From contig NC_068999.1 in assembly GCF_001194135.2 (NCBI RefSeq), positions 40,562,564 through 40,626,563 of the forward strand: a DNA stretch of 64,000 nucleotides, read 5' to 3'. Positions 51,268 through 64,000 of the stretch are shown piece after piece. Numbering within the stretch: the stretch's first letter is position 1; each line of letters begins with the position of its first letter. Under the pieces are notes generated by a model, which saw only the letters and a list, made by a program, of their open reading frames with translations, had not been told where the DNA came from and made no database searches. Source of the DNA: Octopus bimaculoides (lineage: Eukaryota). The position numbers and the translations under genes were made by a program.

Positions 51268-54151
51268 TATATATAAAATGGGCTTCAGCAATTTCCGTCA
51301 ATATATTTTAGTTTTACTTTATTTTAATAGATGTTTTCTAAGTATTGATAATCGATGCCTAGCATTGACAATATATCACAAATAATTTTCGTAAGGCAGA
51401 GACGGAACGAACATATTAATCTCAGTCTTCGATTGATATTTATATTGTGTTTTTTCTTTTGTTTTGTTTTGACAACAAAAGAAGGTCATTTTACGATTCA
51501 TTTCAGCATGAAGAGCTGTATTAGTATATTTAAACAGCATTACTGTCATGCTGTCGATCATCATAGAAATCGATGTTGTCGGTATAATTTTAGTGAAATA
51601 TGAGTTGCTCCGAGAGAAACGCGTTAACTCGTAAGTGGTCTTCCGAGAAGATAGTCCTGCACTGGGCAGTGCTGCAGGTTGCAGGTCCGACAGTTATGAT
51701 AAAAATATATCGACAGCTAAAGGGTAATACTTAGAGGAAATAATTTTCTTCACGGTTCATCTAAGACTGATGAAATTCATAAACACATTCGAAAAAAAGC
51801 AATCTGAAGGCCGTCAGAATCCTTGCAGACTAATAAATAGCAACAACTATTGATGCCTGAATACGCTTCTAAAATTTATGTATTACGGTATTAAATGGTA
51901 TATAAGACGCACACGTTTTCCGAAATATAGTCTCAAAATATCACTCTGAATTTCATATAAGTTGGACCTCATTTTAGCTTTAATGTACTAAAAGCTCCTT
52001 TCTCTGGAATTGGGCTGCCGAAATCAAGAGTGGAGCCGATTAATATGCTAGTGTATGCTATCAAGGATACTAAACCTTAATTTTTTTTTTTTTTTAGTGT
52101 AAAATCTCCACGTTTCATATTTCAGCTCTTTTTCGTCTTTTTTCGAAAACATTTATGTATATACAGGAAGAGGATTTGATTTTCGTGCTACCAATTTTGT
52201 TATTCGGTACCAGTACACCCCCATCAATTCTCTTTCCTATCTTCTCATAATCTTGTCCATATCGTAGCTGCATCACACACCAGGCTTCACAAAAATCTAT
52301 TTAATGCAATTCTNNNNNNNNNNNNNNNNNNNNNNNNNNNNNNNNNNNNNNNNNNNNNNNNNNNNNNNNNNNNNNNNNNNNNNNNNNNNNNNNNNNNNNN
52401 NNNNNNNNNNNNNNNNNNNNNNNNNNNNNNNNNNNNNNNNNNNNNNNNNNNNNNNNNNNNNNNNNNNNNNNNNNNNNNNNNNNNNNNNNNNNNNNNNNNN
52501 NNNNNNNNNNNNNNNNNNNTATATATATATATATATGACGAAGGGAATTTAAAAGTTACATTACAAAGGATATATCATAAACAATTGAAAATTGTTTATG
52601 AATATATCAAAGTTTTTTATGCATACGTATATGTTTCTCTATATATAAAATACTTTGTCTCTTTCTGTATGTCTTTTTCCTATGCATTTTCAAACGTCTC
52701 TACCAAATAAGCTTCATGTTAAAATGAACCAGAATAAGAATTGTCACATTACGGAATCAATGACTGTAACTCCGTTTCTTTAAAGAGATTTGGCATGTGT
52801 TTGATGCCTTACAATGATGGTGATTGTTGATGACTAAAATAAAGTTTTAACTAATTAATCTACCAGCGCTACCATTGAGTGGGTTCGAAACAAAACGTCA
52901 CATCCAAAGTATTCTAACAAGACAGGAATATTAAATATATGTATATTCAAAGACTTAAGAAATTCAAAAGAACACAGTTCCCCATTAAATATGGAAAATG
53001 CGGATTTTTCTATAAAGTATCTGTATATACACATACACAGGTAAGGTATAGAAAGCACGGCCAATTTAGATGGTGTATATAGGTTAAATACACAAATAGT
53101 ATATAACACATGCATAGTTTTATAATGAGATATGCACAAAGCAAAGTGTGAATAAATGCGCATATACATATATATATACGTGTGTATGTGTGTGTGTGTG
53201 CGTGTGTATATATACTATTTGNNNNNNNNNNNNNNNNNNNNNNNNNNNNNNNNNNNNNNNNNNNNNNNNNNNNNNNNNNNNNNNNNNNNNNNNNNNNNNN
53301 NNNNNNNNNNNNNNNNNNNNNNNNNNNNNNNNNNNNNNNNNNNNNNNNNNNNNNNNNNNNNNNNNNNNNNNNNNNNNNNNNNNNNNNNNNNNNNNNNNNN
53401 NNNNNNNNNNNNNNNNNNNNNNNNNNNNNNNNNNNNNNNNNNNNNNNNNNNNNNNNNNNNNNNNNNNNNNNNNNNNNNNNNNNNNNNNNNNNNNNNNNNN
53501 NNNNNNNNNNNNNNNNNNNNNNNNNNNNNNNNNNNNNNNNNNNNNNTATATATATGACAGTATGCATTTGTTAAATATAAGCGCCCTACATTTCAGTAAA
53601 CTCACTGGTAATGAGTTTATTTTTAAAAATAGTCTGAATAAACCAATTCCAACCATACAACCACGTGTTTTCTTTCATTTACTGTTTTATACATTTTGGT
53701 ATGTTTACGCCGCCATCATTGCCACCACCAGCACTGCGAACAACAACAGCAACAGCAACAGCGTCTGTGATGAGCTTCACAACAAACAGGAAACATTACA
53801 TTAGAGAACACTTGATGTCTACATCTTATATTCACATCCACCCTTAACAAAGCGTCAGTTCATTACGACAATCGCTGCCATCGTACCTTCCACCAAAACT
53901 ATCATCATGGAACACATTACCTCGTAGAAGACCACGCACAAACGCACACATGCATATACACACATATATATCTATTTATTTATTTATTTATTTAGAGAGA
54001 GATAGAGAGAGAGAGAGACAGATATATATATATATATATTTATTTATTTAGAGAGAAAGAGAGAGAGAGAACTAGATAGATAATTACATACATACATACA
54101 TATACATTTACATATACATAAATATACATGCATACATACATATATATTTAT

Positions 54152-54187
<36 letters not shown>

Positions 54188-54830
54188 NNNNNNNNNNNNN
54201 NNNNNNNNNNNNNNNNNNNNNNNNNNNNNNNNNNNNNNNNNNNNNNNNNNNNNNNNNNNNNNNNNNNNNNNNNNNNNNNNNNNNNNNNNNNNNNNNNNNN
54301 NNNNNNNNNNNNNNNNNNNNNNNNNNNNNNNNNNNNNNNNNNNNNNNNNNNNNNNNNNNNNNNNNNNNNNNNNNNNNNNNNNNNNNNNNNNNNNNNNNNN
54401 NNNNNNNNNNNNNNNNNNNNNNNNNNNNNNNNNNNNNNNNNNNNNNNNNNNNNNNNNNNNNNNNNNNNNNNNNNNNNNNNNNNNNNNNNNNNNNNNNNNN
54501 NNNNNNNNNNNNNNNNNNNNNNNNNNNNNNNNNNNNNNNNNNNNNNNNNNNNNNNNNNNNNNNNNNNNNNNNNNNNNNNNNNNNNNNNNNNNNNNNNNNN
54601 NNNNNNNNNNNNNNNNNNNNNNNNNNNNNNNNNNNNNNNNNNNNNNNNNNNNNNNNNNNNNNNNNNNNNNNNNNNNNNNNNNNNNNNNNNNNNNNNNNNN
54701 NNNNNNNNNNNNNNNNNNNNNNNNNNNNNNNNNNNNNNNNNNNNNNNNNNNNNNNNNNNNNNNNNNNNNNNNNNNNNNNNNNNNNNNNNNNNNNNNNNNN
54801 NNNNNNNNNNNNNNNNNNNNNNNNNNNNNN

Positions 54831-54867
<37 letters not shown>

Positions 54868-54889
54868 CATATATATAAATGGAGTTCAA

Positions 54890-55194
54890 AGCAGGTGTTA
54901 CTCAAATTGTTTTACTTCCGACACATGTTTCGAAGATATCACTGGTATTATTCCAAAGGTAAACTTATGTCTTTCAAAGATAGTTACACTAAAAAGAAGG
55001 TAACTAATAGTAAACCTATTTGGTTAATTATTCCTTATGGGAGGCAATTTAAATCTAATCTTCCTTTGCAGTTTCGGGAAGCTATTTTTAGGAATTTTCC
55101 CAAGAATTCTAGGTATTACTCTATTATGAACTCACACACGGTTAGGACTGTTTTTTCCAACAAAATATCTCTCACAAATTACCTCCTCACATAA
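54890..55194 (+). mobile_element. 5'-truncated Penelope-like element fragment preceded by an inverted H3 terminus
   Basis: KPIWLIIPYGRQFKSNLPLQFREAIFRNFPKNSRYYSIMNSHTVRTVFSNKISL aligns by eye with the PLE RT-to-endonuclease linker (IIWFNPPYS..V.TNIG..F...I..HFP....L.KIFN.NTVKVSYS). The H3 motif is on the minus strand at ~54915-54960. Confidence 0.65.
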
Positions 55195-58029
55195 TATTAG
55201 CCTGTTAAATAGGTATACATTTACTAATACTAACATTAATTTACCTAATAACATCCATCCCCCTAGAAATATTAATAACAAGGTTATTGTATCTGAAGTC
55301 AATTACAACAGAATCGAGTTTAAACTGAAGTAACTCTATAGAGAAGGAAATAGATATATATATTAGAAGGAGAATGGTATTAGTCAAAATGAATAGGGGA
55401 ACAAAGAAGAAAGAAAGAGAAAGAAAAAATGAAAAAAAGAGAGCTAGATGGGGGTCAAGATATTGTGAGGATGAAAGAGGAAATAACAGGATAAAAGGAA
55501 TAGGGGGAGGGATAGAAGGAAGAGATAAAAATGTAACGAAGGAACGGTTTATTTAGATTATTATTTCTGTTTCATTATCAATTTTAAGTTAGTAGGATGT
55601 AAGAGGGGGGAGAATTGTTTAAGATTTTTTTCCGTATGAATGTGTTAAAATTATATTTAGAGTTATATATTTATATAATTATAATTTAGCATAAATTTGG
55701 TTGTCAAAGCAATACAAATAAAGGTAATTGAATAATAAATAATAAAGTAATGAGCAGACATTTATAATACTGTTAAGTGTGTTTCCTCAAATATTATTAA
55801 GAAAAAGAATTATGAAAAGGTGTGTTGTTAAAAGAGTAGACAAATGTGAAAATATAAATATAAGAACATGAGTACACACATATATTTGTTTATATTTCTA
55901 TATGTATTTGATTATAAATATTAAGTTTTGAAACAGTATATGCTTGGATGACACCATCCCTACATAAGGCCAACATTACCTCTAATTCTAGTTTCGGTGC
56001 GTCTTGCAAACTGTTCAATAGTCAAAACTATTGAAAAGGTTGCAATATGCAACGAGAATTTTAGAAAAATAAAAAAAGAAATAAGTAGAAATTTTACCGG
56101 TGAGTGTGTTAAATTATAAGGCACCAAAAGAGAATGACTCTCCCCAGACATAAAAAAGTTTGATTCAAATTCATTGATAATCCGAGTTTCAAACGTGATG
56201 CTAGTCGAGTTTGAACATAAAACAGTTAGAATATTTGGATGGGTCTAAATGTTAAACGAATACATCTGTAAGCAGTGAGTAGATTCTTACTTTCCTAGTC
56301 TCAACATTTTTCAATTCAGCAGCCTTTAATTAACTATATTATGGCTATAATTAATAATTGGTTTGGTTATCGTATTTAAACCTACAGTTCAAGCATTGAA
56401 TTCAGTTTTTAACATTAGTCAACTTTTTTATAGTATTCACTATAAATATTCTTTTTGCCATTCTGTGCTGCATTTTAGATATTTTGCTTATATCAAGATA
56501 TTTGTATATGCGACTGTGGATTTAAGTCTCCGATTTTAATGCCGAGATATAACATAATTTTTCTCGGTGCTAGTTATTCTGCGGTTTCTTAAAGTCGATT
56601 TCGCACATTTGTCTAACAACATAATCTTCACATCATACTCAATTTTACGGCAATACTAAAACTGTTGACAATTTTTCTTAGGTTTTCTTGTTTGATATTA
56701 CTAAAGGTATGATATTTCTAAAGGTACGTTACCGTCAATTTATTGTTGTTGCTGTTCTTATTTTTATTGTCATTATAATTGCTATATAATATCATTGTGA
56801 TTCATAATCATCGTCATGTATTTATAATGACAGTTATAATTATAAGAAATGAGTGACATGAAATGCAAAACGTGATGGATTTGCTTAATATAACGTGGAG
56901 AAAAGAAAAAGAAGAAAACGAAAGACCATTCAGAAGAAAGAAAACGAGAAAGAAGAAAACAACGAAATCAATAGCAATGCAAAAGACAAAAGTTACGAGA
57001 TCAAGAACAGGAAGTAGAAACCTATCAGCACGAACACCAATACACACACACACACACACACACACAGATACACACACACAGATACATACACACATATACA
57101 CAGATAAGCAAACACAGACACACACACATGCACATACGCGCACAAACACGAATACTTCATATATATATATATATATAGGCAGATATGTATGTATATATAT
57201 CTATCTATATATATGTATATATATATATGCATATATATTTAGACATATATGCATGTAAATATATATATATAAATANNNNNNNNNNNNNNNNNNNNNNNNN
57301 NNNNNNNNNNNNNNNNNNNNNNNNNNNNNNNNNNNNNNNNNNNNNNNNNNNNNNNNNNNNNNNNNNNNNNNNNNNNNNNNNNNNNNNNNNNNNNNNNNNN
57401 NNNNNNNNNNNNNNNNNNNNNNNNNNNNNNNNNNNNNNNNNNNNNNNNNNNNNNNNNNNNNNNNNNNNNNNNNNNNNNNNNNNNNNNNNNNNNNNNNNNN
57501 NNNNNNNNNNNNNNNNNNNNNNNNNNNNNNNNNNNNNNNNNNNNNNNNNNNNNNNNNNNNNNNNNNNNNNNNNNNNNNNNNNNNNNNNNNNNNNNNNNNN
57601 NNNNNNNNNNNNNNNNNNNNNNNNNNNNNNNNNNNNNNNNNNNNNNNNNNNNNNNNNNNNNNNNNNNNNNNNNNNNNNNNNNNNNNNNNNNNNNNNNNNN
57701 NNNNNNNNNNNNNNNNNNNNNNNNNNNNNNNNNNNNNNNNNNNNNNNNNNNNNNNNNNNNNNNNNNNNNNNNNNNNNNNNNNNNNNNNNNNNNNNNNNNN
57801 NNNNNNNNNNNNNNNNNNNNNNNNNNNNNNNNNNNNNNNNNNNNNNNNNNNNNNNNNNNNNNNNNNNNNNNNNNNNNNNNNNNNNNNNNNNNNNNNNNNN
57901 NNNNNNNNNNNNNNNNNNNNNNNNNNNNNNNNNNNNNNNNNNNNNNNNNNNNNNNNNNNNNNNNNNNNNNNNNNNNNNNNNNNNNNNNNNNNNNNNNNNN
58001 NNNNNNNNNNNNNNNNNNNNNNNNNACGC

Positions 58030-58034
<5 letters not shown>

Positions 58035-58064
<30 letters not shown>

Positions 58065-58152
58065 GGTAGGTAGGTAGGTAGGTAGGTAGGTAAGTAGGTA
58101 GGTAGGTAGGTAGATAGGTAGGTAGGTAGGTAGGTAGGTAGGTAGGTAGGTA
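58035..58152. repeat. (TATG)n/(TAGG)n tract
   Basis: Seen directly. Confidence 0.95.
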
Positions 58153-58635
58153 TATCTGTCCAAGTCAGTGCAGATTACCATCTTTGCAGGAATGTGGCCC
58201 CACCACAAGCACCGTGACAGAAAATTGTTAGACATGAAATCTCTGGGTGTCCTTCTGTGGCGCTGTAGCAAGTAATTCATAGGTTTCCACATTCTACTTC
58301 AATGCACCCGTTCATATTCACTTAGGGTTTCCTTGAAATGTATAACTTCTGTGAAATATTCCTGCCACCCATATTAAAACTCATAAAAAAGACTTTGGTG
58401 GTTCGTTTCCAGAGAACAACTGAGAAAATCGTCTTCAAATACGACGGAGATCCAGCGACTTAATATGTTTTTGTTGTAAGGTTGTTCGTGTGTGTGAGAG
58501 AGTACGTATGTGTTTCATTTATAAACCGCTTTTAAGTTCATTGCAATAAACCTGTTTAGGTATTTATGTACTTAATTTTATGAAACCGTTTTCCTAATTT
58601 TCACACTTCTTCTATTCTACGTCTTCTCATATTTC

Positions 58636-58821
58636 TTCTTCTTCTTCATCCCCCGCTCATCCCCTCCTCCTCCTCCTCCTCCTCCTTCTTATTATTCTTC
58701 TTATTCTTCTTTTTCTTCTTCTTCTTCTTCTTCTTCTTCTGCTTCTTCTTCTTCTTCTTCTTCTTCTTCTTCTTCTTCTTCTTCTTCTTCTTCTTCTTCT
58801 TCTTCTTCTTCTTCTTCTTCT
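58636..58821. repeat. (CCT)n/(CTT)n tract
   Basis: Seen directly. Confidence 0.95.
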
Positions 58822-59874
58822 NNNNNNNNNNNNNNNNNNNNNNNNNNNNNNNNNNNNNNNNNNNNNNNNNNNNNNNNNNNNNNNNNNNNNNNNNNNNNNN
58901 NNNNNNNNNNNNNNNNNNNNNNNNNNNNNNNNNNNNNNNNNNNNNNNNNNNNNNNNNNNNNNNNNNNNNNNNNNNNNNNNNNNNNNNNNNNNNNNNNNNN
59001 NNNNNNNNNNNNNNNNNNNNNNNNNNNNNNNNNNNNNNNNNNNNNNNNNNNNNNNNNNNNNNNNNNNNNNNNNNNNNNNNNNNNNNNNNNNNNNNNNNNN
59101 NNNNNNNNNNNNNNNNNNNNNNNNNNNNNNNNNNNNNNNNNNNNNNNNNNNNNNNNNNNNNNNNNNNNNNNNNNNNNNNNNNNNNNNNNNNNNNNNNNNN
59201 NNNNNNNNNNNNNNNNNNNNNNNNNNNNNNNNNNNNNNNNNNNNNNNNNNNNNNNNNNNNNNNNNNNNNNNNNNNNNNNNNNNNNNNNNNNNNNNNNNNN
59301 NNNNNNNNNNNNNNNNNNNNNNNNNNNNNNNNNNNNNNNNNNNNNNNNNNNNNNNNNNNNNNNNNNNNNNNNNNNNNNNNNNNNNNNNNNNNNNNNNNNN
59401 NNNNATATATATGTATGTATGTATATACACACACACACATCAATCTATCTCTCTCATTCATTATTTCCCACACTGTCACTGTTAGCGTGAATTAATAATG
59501 GCGACTGTGCAGATTGCGTACATCCACTCAACTTTAAAAAATTATATATTTTTTCTTTTTTACAGCAGCAGAGATAAGGTGAAGAATATGGCATCTGCCT
59601 GTTCTAACGTGATGGCATTAATTTCGTTCATTAGTTCCAACAATCATCATTAAGATAATTAGCTAAATGTTGCAGAAAATACGGGTGTTTTTGCTCATAT
59701 AAGCGTTAACTTTCTATGTGTGTTCGTAATGCATACATACATGTGTGTTTGTGCGTGGGCATTTTGTTCTTGGACAAGCACAAGATAAGAAAGATTTACA
59801 AGGATAAATACATACCTGCCTACTCATAAACACATATACATCTACAGTTACAGACACGCATAATTATTTATGCA

Positions 59875-60161
59875 TAAGAGAGGCGACTGAAAACTTGTAG
59901 GCTAACGAAGATATTCTCATGGGCTGAGCCCAAATGAGGTTTAGTTTTCAAAATAGTCCTTTTCATCGTCCACACATTTCTTCCCTCGGTGTTGAAGTCT
60001 TTGGATCATAATGGGGAAGAACCTTTCATCTAGTTGGTCGAAAAAGTCATCAACAGCAAATATGACATCATCTTCACTGAGATACTGGTTCCCAGCCAAA
60101 TGGTTTTTTTCATGTTGGAGAACAAATGATAGTCAGATGGGGCCAAATGAGGGGAATATGT
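59875..60161 (-). mobile_element. 3' end of a mariner element (irritans-like) with a decayed terminal inverted repeat
   Basis: TYSPHLAPSDYHLFSNMKK/..GNQYLSEDDVIFAVDDFFDQLDERFF...LQHRGKKCVD...DYFEN*, followed by a TIR-like end, plus strand TA-AGAGAGGCGACTGAAAACTTGTAGGCTAAC at 59875. Confidence 0.85.
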
Positions 60162-60162
60162 T

Positions 60163-60665
60163 GCGTCGTCATCGTCGTGGTCGTCGTGCAGTATCTGCTG
60201 TGACTGTAGAGGATCACATGGGTGCATAAGTCACATGTACAGTGATTGCATTTGGAGGAGCTCTTAACCGAATCTACTGGCTTTTCTTTAACACGGATGC
60301 GCTTTCCTTTTGTGGCGTGTTTTTGTTTCTCTTCCTCTGGCTTCATCCCCTTTCACAGTGTTTGCCTCCAGCGTGGGCAATCAGTTGTGACATCCTCCCA
60401 TCTCAGGACTTCCAGATCAAGCGACTTCGTATCTCTCTTGCAGACGTCCTTGAAATGACGATGTGATCGTCCTTGTGCGCATGTGTCCGTAGCCAATTCC
60501 CCATTCCGGAGTTCTTTTGGGATCCTCCCGTCCGGCATGCGATGCACATGACCGAGCCATCGCAAATGGCACTGCTGGAGCAGGGGAAATATACTGGGTA
60601 TCTTTGTGCGGTTGAAGATTTTGGTGTTAGTGATGCGATGTGTCCACTTGATATCCATGTACTCA
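60163..60665 (-). mobile_element. 3' end of an RTE-clade LINE, 5'-truncated
   Basis: One frame with a single stop: IKWTHRITNTKIF...LRWLGHVHRMPDGRIPKELRNGEL...GR...FKDVCKRD...W...DCPRWRQTL*KG...CNHCTCDLCTHVILYSHSRYC, followed by an (ACG)n-like tail. Confidence 0.9.
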
Positions 60666-61416
60666 TAATGAGATACATAAATATGTTCTTTATTTTCATA
60701 ATTCCTTAATCTCTTGTCATTTTTTCGTAACCCTTACCTTAAGAACGCAGCACCATATATCGTTTATATTTGTTGAAACAACTAGCATCGCCTTTGTCTG
60801 AGAAATAATGAGCTGTTCTGCTGCAAATAACTGCCTAATATATATATTAATATTTCAACGCTCAACTTCAAAACTTATATTCGCTTATATTCATTTGTTC
60901 ATTTTCTTATATATTTTTCAATTATTCTAATTTTTCTTTCATTTTGTGTTTTCATTTCAATGATGTCGTATATTCCCCTTGATATTTCAGTCAATATAAG
61001 AACCAGTTTGAATTTCTAATTTCTATTTCAAATCGTCTCGAAGGTGTGACGCTTGCGTGTTCAAATTTTCTTTAGATAGCTGTAATTATTGTAAAATTAA
61101 GTACGTGTTAGTAAAACAGATATAGAAAGAATACTTTGCAAAACAAAAGAAATGATATTTTTCGATAATCTTCAAAATAGTTAAATATATCTATCTATCT
61201 ATCTCNNNNNNNNNNNNNNNNNNNNNNNNNNNNNNNNNNNNNNNNNNNNNNNNNNNNNNNNNNNNNNNNNNNNNNNNNNNNNNNNNNNNNNNNNNNNNNN
61301 NNNNNNNNNNNNNNNNNNNNNNNNNNNNNNNNNNNNNNNNNNNNNNNNNNNNNNNNNNNNNNNNNNNNNNNNNNNNNNNNNNNNNNNNNNNNNNNNNNNN
61401 NNNNNNNNNNNNNNNN

Positions 61417-62636
61417 AAAGGTTTAATAAAAAGATAACAACTAATTAGTCAGTAATGTATTCACCTTTGTTGTTTACAAATTCTTTCCAACGTTCAACAA
61501 GATTTTCAATACCTCGTTGGTAGAAATCACCCGATTTCGACTCGAAAAATTGATCCAGCCAAGCTCTCAATTCTGCATCAGTATTGAACGAAACTCTGCA
61601 CAAAGCATTTGAAAGAGATTGAAAGAGGTGGAAATCCGTTGGTACCAAATCAGGAGAGTACGGCGGAAGTGGCAGCACTTCCCAGCCATGCGTTTGAATA
61701 GCTTCCTTGATCATATCGGCTATATGAGGGCGGGCGTTGTCGTGCAGCAGAAGAACTCTATGCTGCCGATTAGATCTTTTCTCTTGAATAGCCGTGTCGA
61801 ATCGTTCCATCTATTGAACATACAGTTCCATGTTAAAAATTTGGTCCCGTTCAAGTAATTCGTAATGGATAGTTTCTTCCCAGTCCCACCATACGCATAA
61901 CATCGTTTTACGCGGATGAAGATCTTGTTTTACGCGCGGTGTTGCTTGTTTCCTGCGGCTAAGCCATTCCAAACGCTGCTTCATATTGATGTACAGGCAC
62001 CATTTTTCGTCGCCTGTAACGATTCGGTAAAGAAATCGCTCCTTGTGTCCATGAGTTGAGCGGTGACGACCAAGCAAACCAGCGGAGATCGTGGCTCGTT
62101 GATTTTTGTTGTTGTCACTTAAAGCATGCGGAACACATGTTCCATACTTCTGAACCTTTCCCATCGAGTGAAGATGCTTCTCTATAGCAGTTTGAGAACA
62201 TTCCATTTTCTCTGCTAGTTCCCTTGTCGTTTGACGAGAATTTTCGGTGCAAAAGTTGGTTTAATCGCTCTTCATCGAACTCAACTGGACGGCTAGAACG
62301 AGGCGCGTCTTTGAGGTCAAAATTTTTTGAACTTGGCATACCAATCACGAGCGGTTCTTTCAGCCATGGCACCCTCTCTATACACAGCAGAAATGTCGCG
62401 AGCAGCTTCTGCGGCCTTAGAACCTTGATTAAAAGCAAAAGGAAGGAGGCGTCGAAAATGCCCGTTTTTAACTTGACATTCCATTTTAACGATCTGAAAA
62501 TAAACAAAAATTAGCTAAAATTAACTAAGAATAAAAAAAACAAAATAGATTCCAAACTGAATCAAAAGTAGAATTCTCGAAAAAAATAGATTCCAAAATT
62601 TTTAAAAACCGCGTGGACTTAGTTGCCAACCCAATA
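61417..62636 (-). mobile_element. Near-full-length mariner DNA transposon
   Basis: 5' TIR TA-TTGGGTTGGCAACTAAGTCCACGCGG ends at 62636 with a TA target site. The 3' TIR would fall in the N gap at 61206-61416. Confidence 0.95.
61445..62484 (-). pseudogene. Mariner D34D transposase pseudogene
   Basis: MECQVKNGHFR...; VPHAL; VTGDEKW; HDNARPH and YSPDLVPTDFHLF, with 34 residues between the second and third Asp. Frameshifts near 62325 and 62245 and an in-frame TAG at 61811-61813. Confidence 0.95.
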
Positions 62637-62649
62637 TGTGTGTGTGTGT

Positions 62650-62705
<56 letters not shown>

Positions 62706-62742
62706 ATGTACATATATATATATAAATATAACTATATATCAT

Positions 62743-62783
62743 AAATTTTAAAAAACGGCGAGAACTTAGTTGCCAACCCAATA
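62743..62783 (+). repeat. Orphan second copy of the mariner TIR
   Basis: AAATTTTAAAAAACGGCGAGAACTTAGTTGCCAACCCAATA versus AAATTTTTAAAAACCGCGTGGACTTAGTTGCCAACCCAATA at 62596-62636, in the same orientation. Confidence 0.9.
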
Positions 62784-62863
62784 AAAAGATATATTAATAT
62801 GGACATATATGTGTATGCAAATATATTTGTGTGTGTGTACGTATGTGTGTGTGCATAAATATC

Positions 62864-62894
<31 letters not shown>

Positions 62895-63324
62895 CTATCG
62901 ATCTATCGATCTATCTATTTATATGACTGAGGCGAATAGATTCTTACACGTACCTATGACTATTTAAACTGGATTACTGTGTAATTCGAATATATACCCT
63001 GTATCTATAGCATTTTATGAGATAATTCGGTATCCATCAGGATAATTTATCTCTTGTTTACTCTTATCTATCTGTGTGTGTGTGTGTGTGTGTGTGTGTG
63101 AGAGTACAGAGATAAGGAATTACATGGATGCATTGAAACATTTCTTCATACGTATATAGATATTTTCATATAAAAACACTGATTCCTACACACGGCGTAG
63201 ATACATACGCATACGCATGGATATATAGATATATGCATGGATATGTATGTGACTATATATTATAATATATAATATACAGGAATACACGCACACACACACA
63301 CACACGCGCACATACACACACACA

Positions 63325-63406
<82 letters not shown>

Positions 63407-63780
63407 CGTCAATATACATACGCGCAATAAGCGATCACACACGCACATGTGTATGTAAGTATACAAGTTTATATGTATATTTAATTATAAAGATAGATCT
63501 AAACTATGGAAATGAGTAAAAGTTGTCAATGAGATCACATTAAATATTTATGAATACACATATTGTGAAGAACATTTTACGATGTTTCCCTTCAATGGGT
63601 GCTCAGAACCGCAATAATAATAATTGATCGCTCTAATATGTTTATCGATGTTTTATTAAGCAGAAAATAAAACACCCCAGCGGATTATTGTATAGCAATA
63701 TGTAGGTGGCATAAATATATGCGAATACAGGGGAGCTTACATACGCCCATCTTTCTTTCTTTCTAAAACATATACACACA

Positions 63781-63822
<42 letters not shown>

Positions 63823-64000
63823 NNNNNNNNNNNNNNNNNNNNNNNNNNNNNNNNNNNNNNNNNNNNNNNNNNNNNNNNNNNNNNNNNNNNNNNNNNNNNN
63901 NNNNNNNNNNNNNNNNNNNNNNNNNNNNNNNNNNNNNNNNNNNNNNNNNNNNNNNNNNNNNNNNNNNNNNNNNNNNNNNCATATATGCATACACACACAC

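Noticed and set aside
55940-56030. Minus-strand PYVG peptide and a TTGCAAGA...GAAACTAG string near the PLE fragment
   Set aside because: Too short and degenerate to call either a PLE thumb motif or a hammerhead.
58153-58300. GC-richer segment next to (TAGG)n, possibly a retroelement 3' end
   Set aside because: Single copy in the window with no recognisable motif; it cannot be classified.

Overview
This is a gappy (25 N-runs), AT-rich eukaryotic draft-assembly window dominated by simple repeats and decayed transposons. The repeat families resemble those I recall from cephalopod (Octopus-like) genomes; that is an inference, not a database result. Almost all ORFs in the supplied track are microsatellite or N-gap artefacts, and no intact, nameable protein-coding gene is visible. 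Supported features: (1) a near-full-length D34D mariner transposase pseudogene (61.4-62.6 kb) and two other Tc1/mariner remnants; (2) non-LTR retrotransposon relics of R4/Dong-like, RTE and CR1-group type; (3) Penelope-like (PLE) relics; (4) many tRNA-derived SINE copies; (5) a possible myosin-light-chain/EF-hand pseudogene fragment; (6) a CTCF/YY1/E-box promoter-like cluster near 50.2-50.4 kb, with a weak minus-strand multi-exon candidate next to it. The most interesting signal is a set of dispersed minimal type I hammerhead-ribozyme motifs (CUGANGA...GAAA-CG-UH with a palindromic loop 3). One family sits behind a tRNA-like Pol III head, and a second copy of it is caught in a 52-bp fold-back. 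Another family has four copies that all carry a non-canonical base at core position 6. Ribozyme activity is untested.
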